Below, piece by piece: positions 51,101 to 64,000 of a stretch of DNA of 64,000 bases. The stretch is from Takakia lepidozioides (lineage: Eukaryota; Plantae; Bryophyta), in assembly GCA_030704615.1 (NCBI GenBank), contig CM060732.1, forward strand, positions 39,246,001-39,310,000. The letters run 5' to 3'. The translations under genes were made by a program, and so were the position numbers. The notes below the pieces were generated by a model. It had not been told where the DNA came from, did not search any database, and saw nothing but the letters and a program-made list of their open reading frames with translations. Numbering within the stretch: position 1 is the first letter of the stretch; every line of letters starts with the position of its first letter.

Positions 51101-54100
51101 TTATTGTGGTCAGCGGCCTAACGACCAAGAATTGGGGTAGTAGCCTTCTCTTTGGGATCTCTGTGGCTGTTGGGCTCACTCCTGAGATGCTTCCCATGAT
51201 AGTGAACGCCAATTTAGCACGCGGAGCTAAGGCTTTGGCAAGTAACAAGTGTATTGTAAAGCGCCTCGATGCGGTACAAAACCTGGGTGCCATGTAAGGT
51301 TCCAACTTTCACCTTCGTGGTTAGGCATAAGCTGAAGATTGTACTCATAAGACGTTGTTTGCCGTAGCCTTGTGGCCATTGACCCCGCTCCCAGTTTGAG
51401 CGGGAACAAAAGGAACAGAACCTACCTCTTTCAGGGGCTGACGTCGGTAGTAAGACTTACCTTCATATAAAGAATTAATCCGGGTTTTCCAGATACCCTC
51501 TAGAAATCCCTTCACACAAGCATCAATCTGCTGTGTGTGATTTGCCCAAAAACTAGGCCTCAGGAGGGCCTGGGCTTTTGGCTCAGCCTCGAGACTTTCA
51601 AAGTTGGTAAACAGGGGTACAGGCACAATTCCCTTGATAGAATTGAAGAGAGCGTCTCTTTGGTGAGAGAACCCCGGACAGTGTATCAGAAAATGAATAC
51701 TGTCTTCAGATTGCCCACACAACGGACAATTGCACTCTCCCTTTCCTCTCTGCTTCCGTTTGCTGTTCAAAGGTAGGCTTCCTGCCCTGAGTTTGAATTT
51801 CAGTCTAGTGCCGAGAGTGGGTAGACCCTTGAGGTCATCCAAGATGTCCACCCCCATGTCACTGACTGGAAACAAGTTCAGGGAAGTTCTCTGCCTAACT
51901 TCATTTTCATCAGACAATCTCATGGCAACAGACATGGCTTCGGACACTACAGCCTCTAAGTCAGATTTATCCAGCAGGGTCAAGACTTGCGGATCCAGGT
52001 CCAGGTCCTTGAGAATCTTTTCTACTCTCTTCTGCCAGGACTTAGCCTGTTTGACAGGGCGGTCCTGTTTCCAAGATATAGAGTCGATTAACTTAGGATA
52101 TCTGGTGTTGGGCATATGTTGCAGCTGACCCCACCATCTGACCTTGAATTCATCTCGTCGGGAGCTTAAGGATGGAATGCCAAACTCACCCCGAACAGCC
52201 ACATTGTCTGTTTTGGAGCATGCTGACATACACTCCTTAAGCACCCCCACTTGAATGGATTCTAGAGACAGCCTGGTTGGAGTTATCAACCCATATAGCA
52301 GATCCGTATGCCAAGGCAGGTCTAATAACGCGACAAAGCATGGTTTTCTTAACCTCAGAGTTGACCCCTCTGCAGTGGAAAAATTTAGTGAGCCCCAGAG
52401 CTTTGCTCTTGCCAGCTTGAACAACTTTCCGGATATGTGCATCCCAATTACAATTGGAGGAAAATTCAACGCCCAGGTAAGTGTAGGAAGGGAGGACCGG
52501 GATCTCCACTGCCACTTAAGATCACTTCCTCCCTCTCCTCTGTCGTTGAATGCTACCACTGCACATTTGCTGACATTAGCCTCTAGCCCCCAAAGATCAA
52601 AGTATCTCTTCACGCAATCAATCAACTCCTGGAGATTGGTTGGAGTCTCCCCTATGCCTGCGAAGTCATCCGCAAACATAAGGGCTGGTATGGTGGTATC
52701 ACCCACCCTTAACCCAAATTCTTCACTTTCCACAGCTTCGAGGAGTTGATTGATGAAAACATTGAAGAGCAGAGGGGAGAGAGTACATCCTTGAGCTACA
52801 CCTTGGTCTATGTCAAAGAAGTTGGACTTCTGTCCGTTAACAGTGACACAGCTTTTGGTGTGAGCATACAAGTTGTGGACAACTCTCCACATCTTTCCCT
52901 TGATCCCACAAGACCAGAGGCGGAACCATAGGCCATCTCTCCACACTGTGTCATAAGCCTTTTTGACATCCAGGAAAAAGACATAAGTGGGTTTCCCTTC
53001 TTTTTTCCTTCCCTGGATAATCTGGCTTAGAGTGAAGATATGATCCACACAGCCCCTGTTTCGCCGAAAGCCAGCTTGGCCTTCGTGGAAACCTCTAGAC
53101 TCCAGATCAACCTCGAGACGAGTACTTATAACTCTGCAGAATGTCTTGCCAACAGCATTGAGGAGCGTGATGCCACGGTAGTTCCCCGGTTCTTCTCTGT
53201 CACCCTTCTTGTATAGATTGACAATGACCCCCTGTCGCCAGCGAAAGGGGATCATTTCAGTCTTCCAGATAAGGTTAAAGAGGAGAACTAGGGCCTCTAT
53301 CATGGGATCGCCACCGTGCTTGATAAGCTCGTTGACAATACCATCAGGTCCACCAGCTTTATATCCATTTAAATGTTCAATTGCTTCCACAATCTCAGAA
53401 GAACTAATGGGAGCGTTATAAGCCATTGAAATATACTCCAGTTCATCAGGGCTGTTTTGAATCATTGGAACAGTTTTTCCAACTGTGTCCCTCCATTCAG
53501 CAGAAGACCCCTCACTGTTAGACCTAGAAGTTCTGCCAAGGATACTGTAGTGATTTTCAAAGGTTTTGACAATGTCAACCGATGAAGTCACCACTGCACC
53601 TTTAGTAGTCTTCAGCGCTTGTACTTGCTGACCGTCCCAATGATCTTGTCAGCCACGGAGGAGACGAAACTCTCCCAAGAGTCCACTGCTCTTTCGACTT
53701 CATTTCTTGCGTTGTCAGAGCGAGACTGAAGTTCTTGGAGTGATTGGACAAAATGAGGGAGAGCCTCTTTCAAGGCCTGGACGTACTCAGCCTTGGCCTC
53801 CTCATTATGGAATTTTTCTATGCGCCACTTCCGAATCGAACGTTTCACAGATCTCTTGGTGTTGGGAAAACACCTGTGGATCAGGAAGTGGTCAGAGGTA
53901 CCAATATCAGTTCTGTCGATCAACACATTGGCACACTGGGGAAACAAATTTTTGTCCATTATGATATAGTCCACAATGGAATGTTCCCCAGTTTGGGATT
54001 TCTCACGAGTCCACTGCACTTGGTCTCCTCTTGTCCTGTTATTCAAGGTCAAAAGTTGAAGCTCTTCCAGACAGTTAATTAACCGTCTGCCATTAGAATT

Positions 54101-57100
54101 CAGCTCGTCCTCACCAAAAGGCCCAATGATATCATCCTGATGAAGCCCTTTGCCCACCCGGGCATTGGAGTCACCCAATAGCACTACCTGACCTTTGGCA
54201 AGGAACGAAGCACAGTCCAGCTTTACATCTTCGAAGGCTTTGTCTTTGTCAGCACTAAGGGTCCCCTCTGTGGGCATGTAAACACAACCCACTAAGAGGT
54301 CCTTCGTACTCATGCCGCCCTTCAGATTCAGTTTTAGCCAGATACTATGCTCGTACCTCAAACCCTTGTTGATAATTTCACAATTATCAAACAAGAAATC
54401 ACGGACAAAGAATCCAACCCCTTTTTGACCGCGTTTGGCAGAGGCTGCCTTGAGAGTATACATCCTACCTGCCCATTTATAACTATTGACATCTCCAACC
54501 AGTTTATCCGACGTTTCCCATGTTTCTTGCCCAGCACAGATATGAATATCATTAGTCCGAAGGACTTGTCCCACTTCGAGTTGTTTCCTTTGGTTAGTAA
54601 GCCCTGAGAAGTTGAAAGTGGCCAGCCGCAAGCCAGCCCTTTGCATGTGAATTGTTTGTCGTCTAGGTAGCTTGTGATTGCTCCTGGACGGCCAACCGTT
54701 CTGCAAAGGGGGGACAGTTACCCCATGTGTAGATTTTGCTCGTCTTGTGTAAAATTTGAGAATTGGTAAACCATTCAGGGTACCAAATCCTTCAGTTACA
54801 CGACGCACAGGCTCCGCACTTAGGGGTATATTGTCCGTCAGACTGCTTAGGGACAATTACCCCGAGTGTAGATTTTGCTCGTCTTGTGTAGACTTTGAGG
54901 ATTGGTAAACCATTTAGAGTACCAAATCCTTCAGTTACACGACGTTCAGGCTCTGCACACTTAGGGACAGATTGTCCATCTGACGGCTTGGGGACAATTA
55001 CCCCATGTATAGAATTTGTTCGTCTTGTGTAAACCTTGAGGATTGGTAAACCATTCAGAGTACCAAATCCTTCAGATTCAGGACGTTCAGATTCTGTACA
55101 CTTAGGGCATCTTGTCCTTCTGGCTGTTTGGATTCAACCTCATTCAGAGCATCAAACCGATTAGAAACTCTCAAGTTGAAGTCCTTGCCCTTGGTTGTCT
55201 TCCTAGAGCGCCCCATTGAATCACCAATGTCTAAGACCGCTCTCCAGCCAGTCAAGGGACGAACTTCTTTGAGATTGAATTGATGTGGGACTCTATTAGA
55301 AACACTTTTGGTCATTGCAACCTTCAATGTACCCCTGTTATCAAGTCTCGAGAGGGAACCATTAGCCATGAAATCCAAGCCTAAGCTAGAGCATGTAGTT
55401 TTAAAGGACACATCGTCCATCCTGGGATTCACCCCAAAAACTACACATGAAGCCCTAGATTTGGCATAAGTAACCATTTCCCAGGAATCACCCTGGGGAG
55501 TGTTGAAGTCGATAGGAGCTAAAATTTTGATTGACCTCGCAGGCTATAAGTTTAAGCACAGGAACCAACCCGAGCCCAAGTGCCGAGTATGCTATACAGA
55601 GCATACGACTGCCCAATTTGGGTGGAGGGGCTGCCCCCAAGCGGTAGGGGTCCGCTTGTTACCATTCAGAGATCACACTCCCGGGAGTTGCAGGGAATGG
55701 CCCGTGTAGGCATATTCTAAAGAGGGAAAGGCCCCAAGCTTTCCAACTAAATCCAATGCACTACCTTACCTGGAGCAAAGCGCTTCGGGTCGAAACAAAC
55801 AAGGACACGAGGTCACAAGGCCGGCATTTAGTCACAGAGACATTAATGTACTCCCGTATCAAGTCCACCCAATGGCAATAGGCTTCCTAGAGGACAGGGA
55901 GGGCATTAAGCATCAGGCTGAATCGCATCCAGCTTTACATTCATGTTTCTTAATGTACAGGCAGGAGAAGATGTGAACAGAGTACTATGCCTTAGGAGCT
56001 TCTAGATGGTTGAAGTATGGTTGAGTAGGTTCAAGTCAGAGGTTGACAAAGAACTTCGAGTTGTTTTCCAGGAACAGCTTAACAAGCCAAACTCAAACTA
56101 CGAGTTTATTTTACCAGATTACCATGGTTCTATTGAACGTCTTGCATGTTTTAGCAGCTTGATATTATGAAATGATAATCATAACTTCTAAGAGATAATT
56201 TGGTGGTTTTCTTCAGGGACATCCTGTGCACAGACAAGACAGGGACTCTCACAAACGACCATGTAGAGATGATCAAGTATTTAGACTGTCACGAGGCCAG
56301 CAGTGTACGGGTCTTGCAATTTGGCTATCTTAACTCATTCTTTCAGACAGGCCTTAAGAATTTGCTTGACAAGGCTATCATTGCATTCGGAGATGCCACT
56401 GGAGACAGCGTCAGTGACTATGCATCAAAGTGGGAGAAAATCGATGAGATACCGTTTGACTTCGAAAGGCGTCGGCTGTCAGTTATTCTGGAGGAGAAGG
56501 AGATACAGCTCCTTGAAGGACAGGATTTCAGTGGCAAGAATCAGCTTATGGTCACAAAAGGGGCTCTGGACGAAATGCTGAAAGCTTGTTCTTGGGTTCA
56601 AGAGGCTGATGAACTAGACAGTGTCATCCCCATGACCAGTGACAACCGGAAACACTTGCTGGCTGTGGGGGAAAGTCTTAACATTGATGGACTGCGGGTG
56701 CTTGTGGTGGCCACCAAAGAGCTTCCTACAAAAGGAACTAGGGGACAATTTCAGCCCAATCATACACACGAGGTGTCTCTCACCCTCTCGATTTTGAAGG
56801 TTCATATGTGTGCTAATACGTTTTTTGGATCTTTTAAGTTACTTGAATTTCATCTCATCCAGGTTGTCTTTTTAATATTGAATCATAGTTTTTCTGAGAT
56901 TTCGAGTATTTGGGACTGCAGGTAGGCTCACACCATGATTGTGAAGACAAGGTTGTGGAAAGCGGTATGGTGTTCCAGGGATTTCTTGCGTTTCTTGACC
57001 CGCCCAAAGAGTCAGCCAAAGAGGCCTTGAGAATGTTGGCACAAAAAGGTGTTGAGGTTAAGGTGCTGACAGGTGATACTCTTGCTGTGGCCGCAAAAGT

Positions 57101-58895
57101 GTGCAAAGATGTTGGCATTCCTACTGAGAATGTGGTGACTGGTCCCCAACTTTCCCTTATGGAGAATGAAGAGTTTATTGCCACAGTGCAACGGGCAACT
57201 ATTTTGGCCAAGCTCACCCCTGCACAAAAGCTCGATGTCATCCAGGTCTGTCTCTCTTCATTGCTGAGACTAATTTAAAATGCACAAAATTTGATGCTTA
57301 GAGACATCAGCTGTTTGATGATGTAAGGAGCCAAAATTGCAGTCATGTCTTCAGCTACAAGCGTTGAAACAAAATGAAAGAAATGAAATGAAGTGGTAAA
57401 TCTCCACACGAGAATATATCCAATGCGAGATGTGTGGAATAAACTTAAACAATATCTGTCTACAGAGGCAATGGAATCATTCAGCTTAGAGAAAAAGAAG
57501 AAAACATATGCAGATGACTGTTCAAATAACAAATGGGGAGGTTGCTTACCAGTTTCAGAACTGTGAGAGAAAATAGACTTGCACAGCAAGGTGGCAAAGT
57601 CTACTGGCTCTTCCTTCCAGACAATAGTCACATCATTGTAGGCTAGATTTACTCAGGGTCTCATCACTCAAATTTCTCACACCGTTTCCTCTAACTCTCA
57701 TGACCTCTTCAAAGTTCCTGCTTAGTCATTTGTTCATGTCACAAACTCCAATAAAATCCAGATTCTGATGTCTCAGCGTCCTTGAATGGGTGTTATCAGG
57801 TACTCAGGGTTGGAGAACACACAGTGGGTTTTCTGGGAGATGGTATAAACGATGTCTTGGCATTAAAAGGTGCAGATGTTGGCATCTCAGTTGACACGGC
57901 CTCGTCAGTAGCCAAAGATGCAGCTGAAATTATTCTACTGGAGAAGGATCTTAATGTGCTGGTGAAGGGTGTTCATCGCGGTCGTGTTACTCATGGCAAC
58001 ACAATCAAGTACATCAAAATGGCTGCTAGCTCCAACTTTGGAAATGTTTTCTCAATTCTGGTGGCTTCGGCGTGGCTTCCCTTCGATCCCATGAGGCCCA
58101 TTCACATCCTCACGCAGAATCTGCTCTATGACATTAGCCAGGTGCATTCCTTAGCTCAACTGCAACATTCTGACCCTGTTCCGCTTATTACTCATAAAAA
58201 ATGATGTGGAAGAGAATGAGGAGTTGACTCTAGGCAGTGCTGGCGTTGAGATTCGAGGCATTAGCTTTGACTTTCCAAATGACCAACCCTAAGGTTGCCG
58301 CAAGTATGTAGTGGACTTTTCTTCTTCACCCATTTCTTTTCCTCTGATCTCTTCTTATTTGCGAGGTAATGCACCTGGGCACTTGCAGAAATAAATTTTT
58401 GAATTTTGTGTCTCACAGATCTCCATCCCCTGGGACAAGATGGACGCACACTTCACTGATGTGCCCCACCAGTGGTCAGCAAAGGGCATTGCAACTTTCA
58501 TGGTGTGGATGGGACCTCAAAGCTCTGTTTTCGACATAGCGACATTTCTCACTATGTGGTTCTACTACGGTTGTCAGACAGATGCTCGTGCTTCTGAATT
58601 TCAAACTGCCTGGTTCCTGGAAGGCTTGCTAACCCAGACGCTTGTCATTCACATGATTCGCACAGAACGCATTCCATTCTTTCAGGAAACAGCAGCGTTG
58701 CCTGTGTTGATCTTGACCACCATCATCGCTGGCATTGGAATTTACATCCCCTGGTCGCCCATTGGGAAGGCTGAAAAAATGGTTCATCTGCCTCCCTCCT
58801 ATTTCGGTTTTTTGGCCTTGTTTATCCTTTCTTATTGCTGCCTCGCTCAGTGTGCCAAAATTGCTTACATAAGAAAATTCAAGAAATGGTTGTAG
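48192..58895 (+). CDS. mgtA: P3B-type Mg2+-importing P-type ATPase (MgtA-like); exons ~48192-48300, 48851-48967, 49163-49389, 49915-50126, 50388-50490, 50923-51293, 56217-56772, 56922-57245, 57800-58141, 58419-58895
   Basis: Motifs [109 protein letters not shown] and [21 protein letters not shown] phases are consistent. The start codon is less certain. Confidence 0.9.
51337..55480 (-). mobile_element. Near full-length RTEX/RTE-like LINE (APE endonuclease, RT, C-terminal zinc motif), antisense in the MgtA intron
   Basis: APE motifs TFNFSG, QETW, GDSNAR, VDYI and SDH. RT motifs [21 protein letters not shown] and FADD, plus CPLC..HFLIHC. Frameshifts near 53600, 52490 and 52270. It ends ...TTATGAGTACAATC with no poly(A). 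Confidence 0.9.
54711..55110 (-). repeat. ~140-bp tandem repeat (about 3 copies) in the LINE 5' coding region
   Basis: Units start GGGACA.TTACCCC at 54711, 54850 and 54991 (periods 139 and 141). Confidence 0.85.
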
Positions 58896-59559
58896 ATCTG
58901 CTATGCATGTTGTAGTTTTTTGCACTTGTGATTGAACCTGCAGTTGAGTACTCTGACTTGCAGGGGTTGTGGATCATGTTGCAACCATAGAAATAAGAGT
59001 ATCTCTCCTCCTAGTATTGAGAGTGTGTTGCTATATGAGACAAATTGGAAGGAGGATAGCCATTGTGCCTGTTTCCCCTCAGAATGATCAATAAAAGATT
59101 GAAGATTGTAGAGATATTTCTCCTTGAAAATGACTAATGCTTTATCAACTATAAAGCAATGTGGTGGTAAGGAAGCTAGATATATGGCAAAACAATTTAT
59201 AGCTGAAATTGCATATTGTCTATGGAAGAAAAAATGGAAAAGAAACTCTCTCATTAAAGCATCCATACTATCCCTACAACTTTATGATGGTAAAATCACA
59301 AATGACAAATTTTCAAAAGCTATATCAAAATTGGTAAATATACTTCATGGATCAAGCTATACAATGAACATGTAAAACATGACAGGTATCTGCAATTTGA
59401 GTAAACAAGAGGTTTTCAATGCTTAGTGCATAGTTGCATGCTATCCACTACGGCCAACCCAGCCAAAATTAATGGAAATGGATCTCTCAGTACTATTTCT
59501 GCTGGTTCCCTGGTCATCCCCTCCAATACGACCCGGGGGAATGGTCCTGGATGGACCAA

Positions 59560-59840
59560 CGACATTCCCCCCCAAAATTCTTTACTCAGGGAAAAGAAAT
59601 GGCCGGACATTCACTGAGATGATTGGACTCATATCTGGAAACACATTTGGCGAAAAGATCATGCTACAAAAATCTCTTCCTTTCGAAGATTACTCACAAA
59701 ATTTTGCCAGTCAAGACTGCCTTTGATGAGGCCATCCAGACGTGCTCTATATGTGCTAGTCAAGCTGAATCCCTGGAACACTGCTTCGTTCACTGCCTGA
59801 GGGCTGCTGTGGTTTGGTCCAAAATTCGCAATTTCTACTC
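59560..59840 (+). pseudogene. L1-type LINE zf-RVT fragment
   Basis: WTHIWKHIW followed by CSICASQAESLEHCFVHCLRAAVVWSKI. Confidence 0.6.
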
Positions 59841-59842
59841 AC

Positions 59843-62800
59843 ATTGAAATCTCTCAGCTCCCCCTGTTGAAGTCCCAGCCTGGCATCCCCATTCACTACC
59901 TGGATATGTAAGGCCCTCTGGAGGCTGATATCGAGGTAATCTTTCAGGCATAGGAGACCCCCGTCGCTTCTTCTCTGCCATTTGAATTGCATAGTCTTCT
60001 CCCATGTCAAAAGAGTCCGCTGAAGAAACAGTTGTATCAGAATCCTCATCGCCTCTCAGGTGTTTTAACTGCTGAACTTTTTGTGGAATCCTCTGGGGCA
60101 TACAATGTTGTCCTACCATGTCTGGAAGTTTAAACTTTAAAACTTGTTGTAAACGCTGAATGGTAAAATTGGTGAAGACCCTGAGCTCCTTGTCTGTCCA
60201 GGTGAGTGGGGTGGGGTACCAATGACCTGTGAATTGTGCAAGTATTTCCATGCCTCATGTCCTTTAAAGAAAATATCGTCAGGGCCGAATTTATGTGTTG
60301 ACAAATTGTTCCAGGCCGCATGAAACCATGAACGAATTTGAGAATCCTTTTGTATCATAACTTTTGCCTCATATAGGTATATATGAGGTGGCACTGAAGG
60401 TAAGACCCAATGATCCCCACTGGAATAACTCAGAAAGCGCGATTGCATCTTTGCTGTGCTCAGTGTGGTAACGTACCAGAAAACAAGCAGCGTAGTATAC
60501 CCCACAGCCCATGACAATTCTTTCTACCTCCTTGGTCTTGGTATAAATGAATCCATGTACAACTTGGAAGGCAATTAATTCCTTCAACATGGTACCTGCC
60601 TCATGCCAGTACTGTGCAAAGTGATGATCCTCAATTGGTCGATTGTTCGGAAGAACTTTAGTCCTAGTTGCCACTGGCAGCCAAATGCACATGATTTGAT
60701 AGTAATGTGCCAATGACTGCGGAGGACTAATTTCTTTCCAAGCCAAATCTAACATAATGGGAATTTGGTTGAAGGGCATAATCATAGCCCTATTGTACTC
60801 CCTTGCAGCTAGAGTTTTAGGTGGGTTAAAAGCAGCATTCCCCCATACCTCAGGCTGTGGTGGGTGTGGTGTGGTTGTAGTAACAACAGGGTCAGCTGCT
60901 GGCACAGTGACTTGTTGTGGTGTTGGTGGCACTGGCTCTTGTACCATTGGCATCTCCTGCACCTCCTGTGAAGAAGACTGAAAAGCCAAAGTTCTGGCTT
61001 ATAAATAAGAAGCCATTAGCTGTTCCTCAGGTATATAGACTCTTTTGTCGATATTTGAAGTGAGGTCCTCCACTTGAGTCTGCAGGCCGTCTACATCCTC
61101 CTATAACTCCGCTATTCTACTATAGACATTGTCTATAGTAGTTGTGGCAATGTTCTGCACCTGCAGCCTGAGCTCATTCATCTCGCTTTAGGTGAGTTTT
61201 CGTGGTGCTTTGCCCTCCACTGGCCCTTGTGCTAACCAGACCTGCATAAAGTGGTTATCCACCAAGTTGCTTGTGGTTCCTCTGAGAGTGTGCTCCTCTC
61301 TGAGTTTGTACACATCTAACTGCTGTTGTAAAGCCTCCATGCGCTTCGCATGAGGTTCAACCAAATTCGCATAGGCAGCAAGTAAATTATTGGCTTCCTT
61401 CCAAGCCTTGTTAGTGACCGAGATTTCATTTCTATTGGCCATGACCGTTTGTTGCAACTCCAGGATGTGCCTCTCTTGGTCAGCTTCAACCTGCCTGTAT
61501 TGCTTGAAAGTATCATCATTGCGACAGATTGTATTCTTCATATCGACAATGAGTTTCATTTGCTCAACATTCTCTTCCTCTGCCTTCGTACATTTTTCCG
61601 CTTGACTGTTTATTTCTTTTGTAGATTGGTCAAGCATAGTTGTGAGTGTAGCACATTGTATGGCCATCCTGTCATGCACTGTCTGCAACTCCATATGTAG
61701 TGCATTCACTTCTTGCAACTTGCTTTCATGCTTCACCTGCATTTGGTATAGCTGTTGCTTATGTGCTTCGTGCAAGTGGTCTTATACGAGGCCTGCCTCA
61801 ATCAATTGTTCCTTGGCCAATTGCAAAGCCGCTTCTTTATTCTCCAAGTCTTGTTGCATCTTGAGAGTCACCTCTTCATCGACCTTGTTTGCACACTCTG
61901 TGGCAAGTCGAGCCTCAAACTCTTTCTTGAGTTCCTCCTCAAAGCTGCCAATTGAGTAGTGGGAACATGGGATTTGACATAAGTACCAACAAATTCAGTG
62001 TCATGTTTATGGAACTCATAAGCATAGCCTGTTGAGGGTCATCTTGGTGAGCTTGCTGCTGTTCTCCCTTATCCTCAACAGTGTGATGCCTTACGAACCA
62101 TTCAGGCCATTGCCCCACCAGATTTTCTTCCTGAACCACTTCATCCGTCACCGGTGCTGCAGTGTTTTGACATTCTACCTGTGGTACCTCCGTCACAGGT
62201 GTGTGTATTATATGCACCGCAGGGTTTCCCTTGGACAACCGTTGCACCTCCGGAATCACTGTGTCCTTGACCATACCAGAATATTCATAGAGAAGGTCCC
62301 CCTTCTCAATTTCTGCCACCACCTGTTCTGTAGTGGGAATATCTAACCCTTCTTTTTCTAAATCAATTATTTCTGGTTGAACTGCATGGACAACTTGTGG
62401 TAACCTTGTGACAAGCCGATCCTCTGGCTGTGATGGCTGTGATACTGAAGTAACTTCCTCTTCCCTCTCTGAAGGTCCTGCTTCCAGTAATAGCAGTTCT
62501 TTGTGCTGCTGTGCCCCTTCCTGCACATGAGCTTGGGAAACATTATCATGCGGATTGCGTGAAGCCAATGGATCCGTCACTACAGTCTTTCCCCGCCTCT
62601 GTCTCTTATTCTCGGGTTGCCCTGCCAGTCCACCCTCACTGTGTGAAGAGCCTTGCTCTTCCATTGCAGTGGTTTCTGGCTCAAACACTCCCATCTCCTT
62701 TCTTTCTCGAGCATCAAGTATGCCAGAATCAAGAATTATTTGAGCAATGATTGGGCCAGAGACTATGATAGGAGATTTTGCGGCAGTACCCTGTAATCTT

Positions 62801-64000
62801 TTCATCTCCTCTACTAGTGCGTTGTACATTATGTCCGCCCATTCTACCTCTTCTCCTCTCAGGGCTTTGAGTATTTCCTCTATGAAGGATCTCCTCAAAT
62901 ACTGTTGGTTCTGTTTCATGGCAAACAAAACGTTCAATACCTGGCCTACCTCCTTTAGCCCTGGGTACACGGCCTTGGTACAAGCATAACCTTGAGTTTT
63001 AAAGAAACTCCCTTCTTGGAATAAGTCCCCTATTTGCAGTCTTGCCCTGTGCTCCTCCACATGCACTTGACATGCTGGCAATCGAAACAATTGTTGTAGG
63101 TATAGGGGAGTAATTAATAATTCAACTCCCTTCACCGTTGTTGCTCATGTCCTTGGCTCAAAGTTCTGCAAGAATTGTAACATGTACTGTCTATGGTGCA
63201 ATGTCCAATCTTTGCTTTGCAATCCTTACAATCTCAGCTCCTTCAATAACTGTATCGCCTGTGGAGTAGCAATCGTTTGTTTCTGCAGGATTGTGGTGCT
63301 CTTCACCTTTATTTCCTCCATTCCTCTCACTCACTTCATTCTAGACCCCCAGAAATGTTTTGGCTGTAACAATTGAAGAAATGCCTGCATGGCACAAAGC
63401 ATAAACGTATGGTTGCTACAAAAAGCTATGGGTAATTTGTTGTAAGCCTGCGGGGCTTGCAAGCATCGATCAAGAGAAAAGATCCACTCTGTTCTTTCGT
63501 CCCTATGCCACTGCGTAAGTAATATTGCGAGCGTTGTGATAGGTTGTGTCACGTCGTGATGGGTTGTGATAGGTTGTGTTTCGCCTTGATGGGCTGTGAT
63601 AGGCTGTGTCCCGCTTGTTCTGCCCGCCCTGGTCATATATGCTCGGCCTAGCAACAAGTGCTCCATACTCCGTTGGTAACACTGGCGCAGCCCGTGACTG
63701 CTCTTGCATTTCAACACGCAATTCATGCTACAATGGTTTGTCATGGATACCACTGTACCTCTTCAACTTATTGGCATTGACTATTCCCAGCATTTCTTTG
63801 TTAATGGTTTGTAACATGGCGGTGTTGTTATCATACATCTTTTGTATGACATAAGGTCCTTTCCATGGTGATTTAAGCTTAGAAGCTTTAATCTTTCCTT
63901 TCTTCTGCAACCATAGAACCAAATCTCCCGTCTTAAAAGTCTTTAACTTGCCCTCATCAAACTGTCCCTTCCTCTTCATCTGAATTCTAGTCATATTATC
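59843..64000 (-). mobile_element. 3' part of a non-chromoviral Ty3/Gypsy element: integrase C-terminus plus a long degenerate extra ORF
   Basis: Integrase tail FKTGDLVLW..KLKSPWKGPYVI..VNANKLKRY at 63728-63994. A broken ORF at ~63320-59940 contains an acidic region and a coiled coil. PPT-like AGGGGGAG at ~59857-59865 precedes TGTGAG. Confidence 0.75.
63525..63612. repeat. 30-bp tandem repeat x3 between pol and the extra ORF
   Basis: G.TGTGATAGG.TGTGT units at 30-bp spacing. Confidence 0.7.

Noticed and set aside
55480-55950. HDV-like or twister ribozyme at the LINE 5' end
   Set aside because: Two hairpins are visible (~55585-55606 and ~55638-55658), but no catalytic consensus could be fitted and the 5' boundary and TSD are unresolved.
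48192-58895. Bacterial contamination as the source of mgtA
   Set aside because: The gene has nine spliceosomal introns, one containing a LINE family found elsewhere in the window.

Overview
This is eukaryotic nuclear DNA, most likely from a non-seed land plant (bryophyte or lycophyte grade). That is inferred from spliceosomal introns, PPR-DYW remnants, a telo-box, a chromovirus and RTEX-like and Dualen-like LINEs. Apparently intact host genes: an intronless GT47 whose motifs closely follow animal EXT1, RPL36a/eL42 head-to-head with a MAM33-family gene, and a 10-exon bacterial-type MgtA (P3B Mg2+-ATPase) with a near full-length LINE in its largest intron. The rest is largely nested mobile DNA: a chromoviral Ty3/Gypsy, a MULE/SWIM transposase pseudogene, LTR-like elements carrying palindrome arrays, a mosaic satellite, PPR pseudogenes and a Gypsy element with a large extra 3' ORF. 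Two structures stand out. First, three different hAT-type elements sit edge-to-edge between four identical GTATAAAC target copies, inside the restriction-like endonuclease region of a Dualen/RandI-like retroelement. Second, that element's ~85-nt 3' end folds into a three-way junction (two GNRA hairpins plus an AGUA/GAA motif) and is dispersed about 8 times in the window. Family assignments come from motif recognition only; no searches were run.
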